Source: a virus (lineage: Duplodnaviria > Caudoviricetes). Taken from it: a DNA stretch of 55,293 nt. Location of the stretch: the IMG/VR virus record IMGVR_UViG_3300012940_000003, positions 1 to 55,293 of that record. One strand, 5' to 3'. Of this stretch, positions 55,171-55,293 are shown in pieces. The number at the start of each line of letters is the position of its first letter. Position 1 is the first letter of the stretch. The notes under the pieces were generated by a model. That model made no database searches, was not told the DNA's origin, and saw only the letters and a list, made by a program, of their open reading frames with translations. Position numbers and translations under genes: made by a program.

Positions 55171-55293
55171 TGCCGTCGAGCGCGGCCAGCGTGCGGCACT
55201 CGCTGATCGGGATCGGGTTCTCGTGACCGTCCGCGCCGCAGCCCACGCAGTTGCCGTCCGAGTCGGGGCTGTGCTCCGCCCGCACGCGGGCAA
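55171..55293. repeat. 123-bp direct terminal repeat, copy 2
   Basis: Identical to 1-123. Confidence 0.97.

Noticed and set aside
55171-55293. Terminal repeat as a physical genome end
   Set aside because: It falls inside a gene that reads through the junction, so it is best explained as assembler overlap of a circular or permuted genome

Overview
The window is an apparently complete, circular (~55,170 bp) genome of a temperate, siphovirus-like phage of a high-GC, probably filamentous, actinomycete. The first 123 nt are repeated at the end and one gene runs across the junction. It has an intact attP (3' half of tRNA-Ala(TGC)) next to a tyrosine integrase, and a cI/cro-like switch. The early region encodes PD-(D/E)XK and DEDDh exonucleases, an SNF2-like helicase, a DNA methylase, RuvC, WhiB, DUF2303 and an iteron-containing replication initiator. 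Terminase, HK97-type head, tail and GH25 lysis genes follow. The most unusual features are four. (1) A ~6.3 kb leftward operon starting at attP and ending in a TraB-type FtsK/SpoIIIE translocase, with DUF2637, membrane proteins and a predicted exported GDPD: an AICE/plasmid-like transfer module inside a virion-encoding phage. (2) A 992-aa portal fused to a MuF-like domain and a HipA/PI4K-like kinase domain. (3) A near-copy of the developmental regulator BldC, plus WhiB and a DUF6879/XRE-DUF5753/DUF397 cassette. (4) Several non-canonical translation signals. All family calls come from motif recognition by eye; no searches were run.
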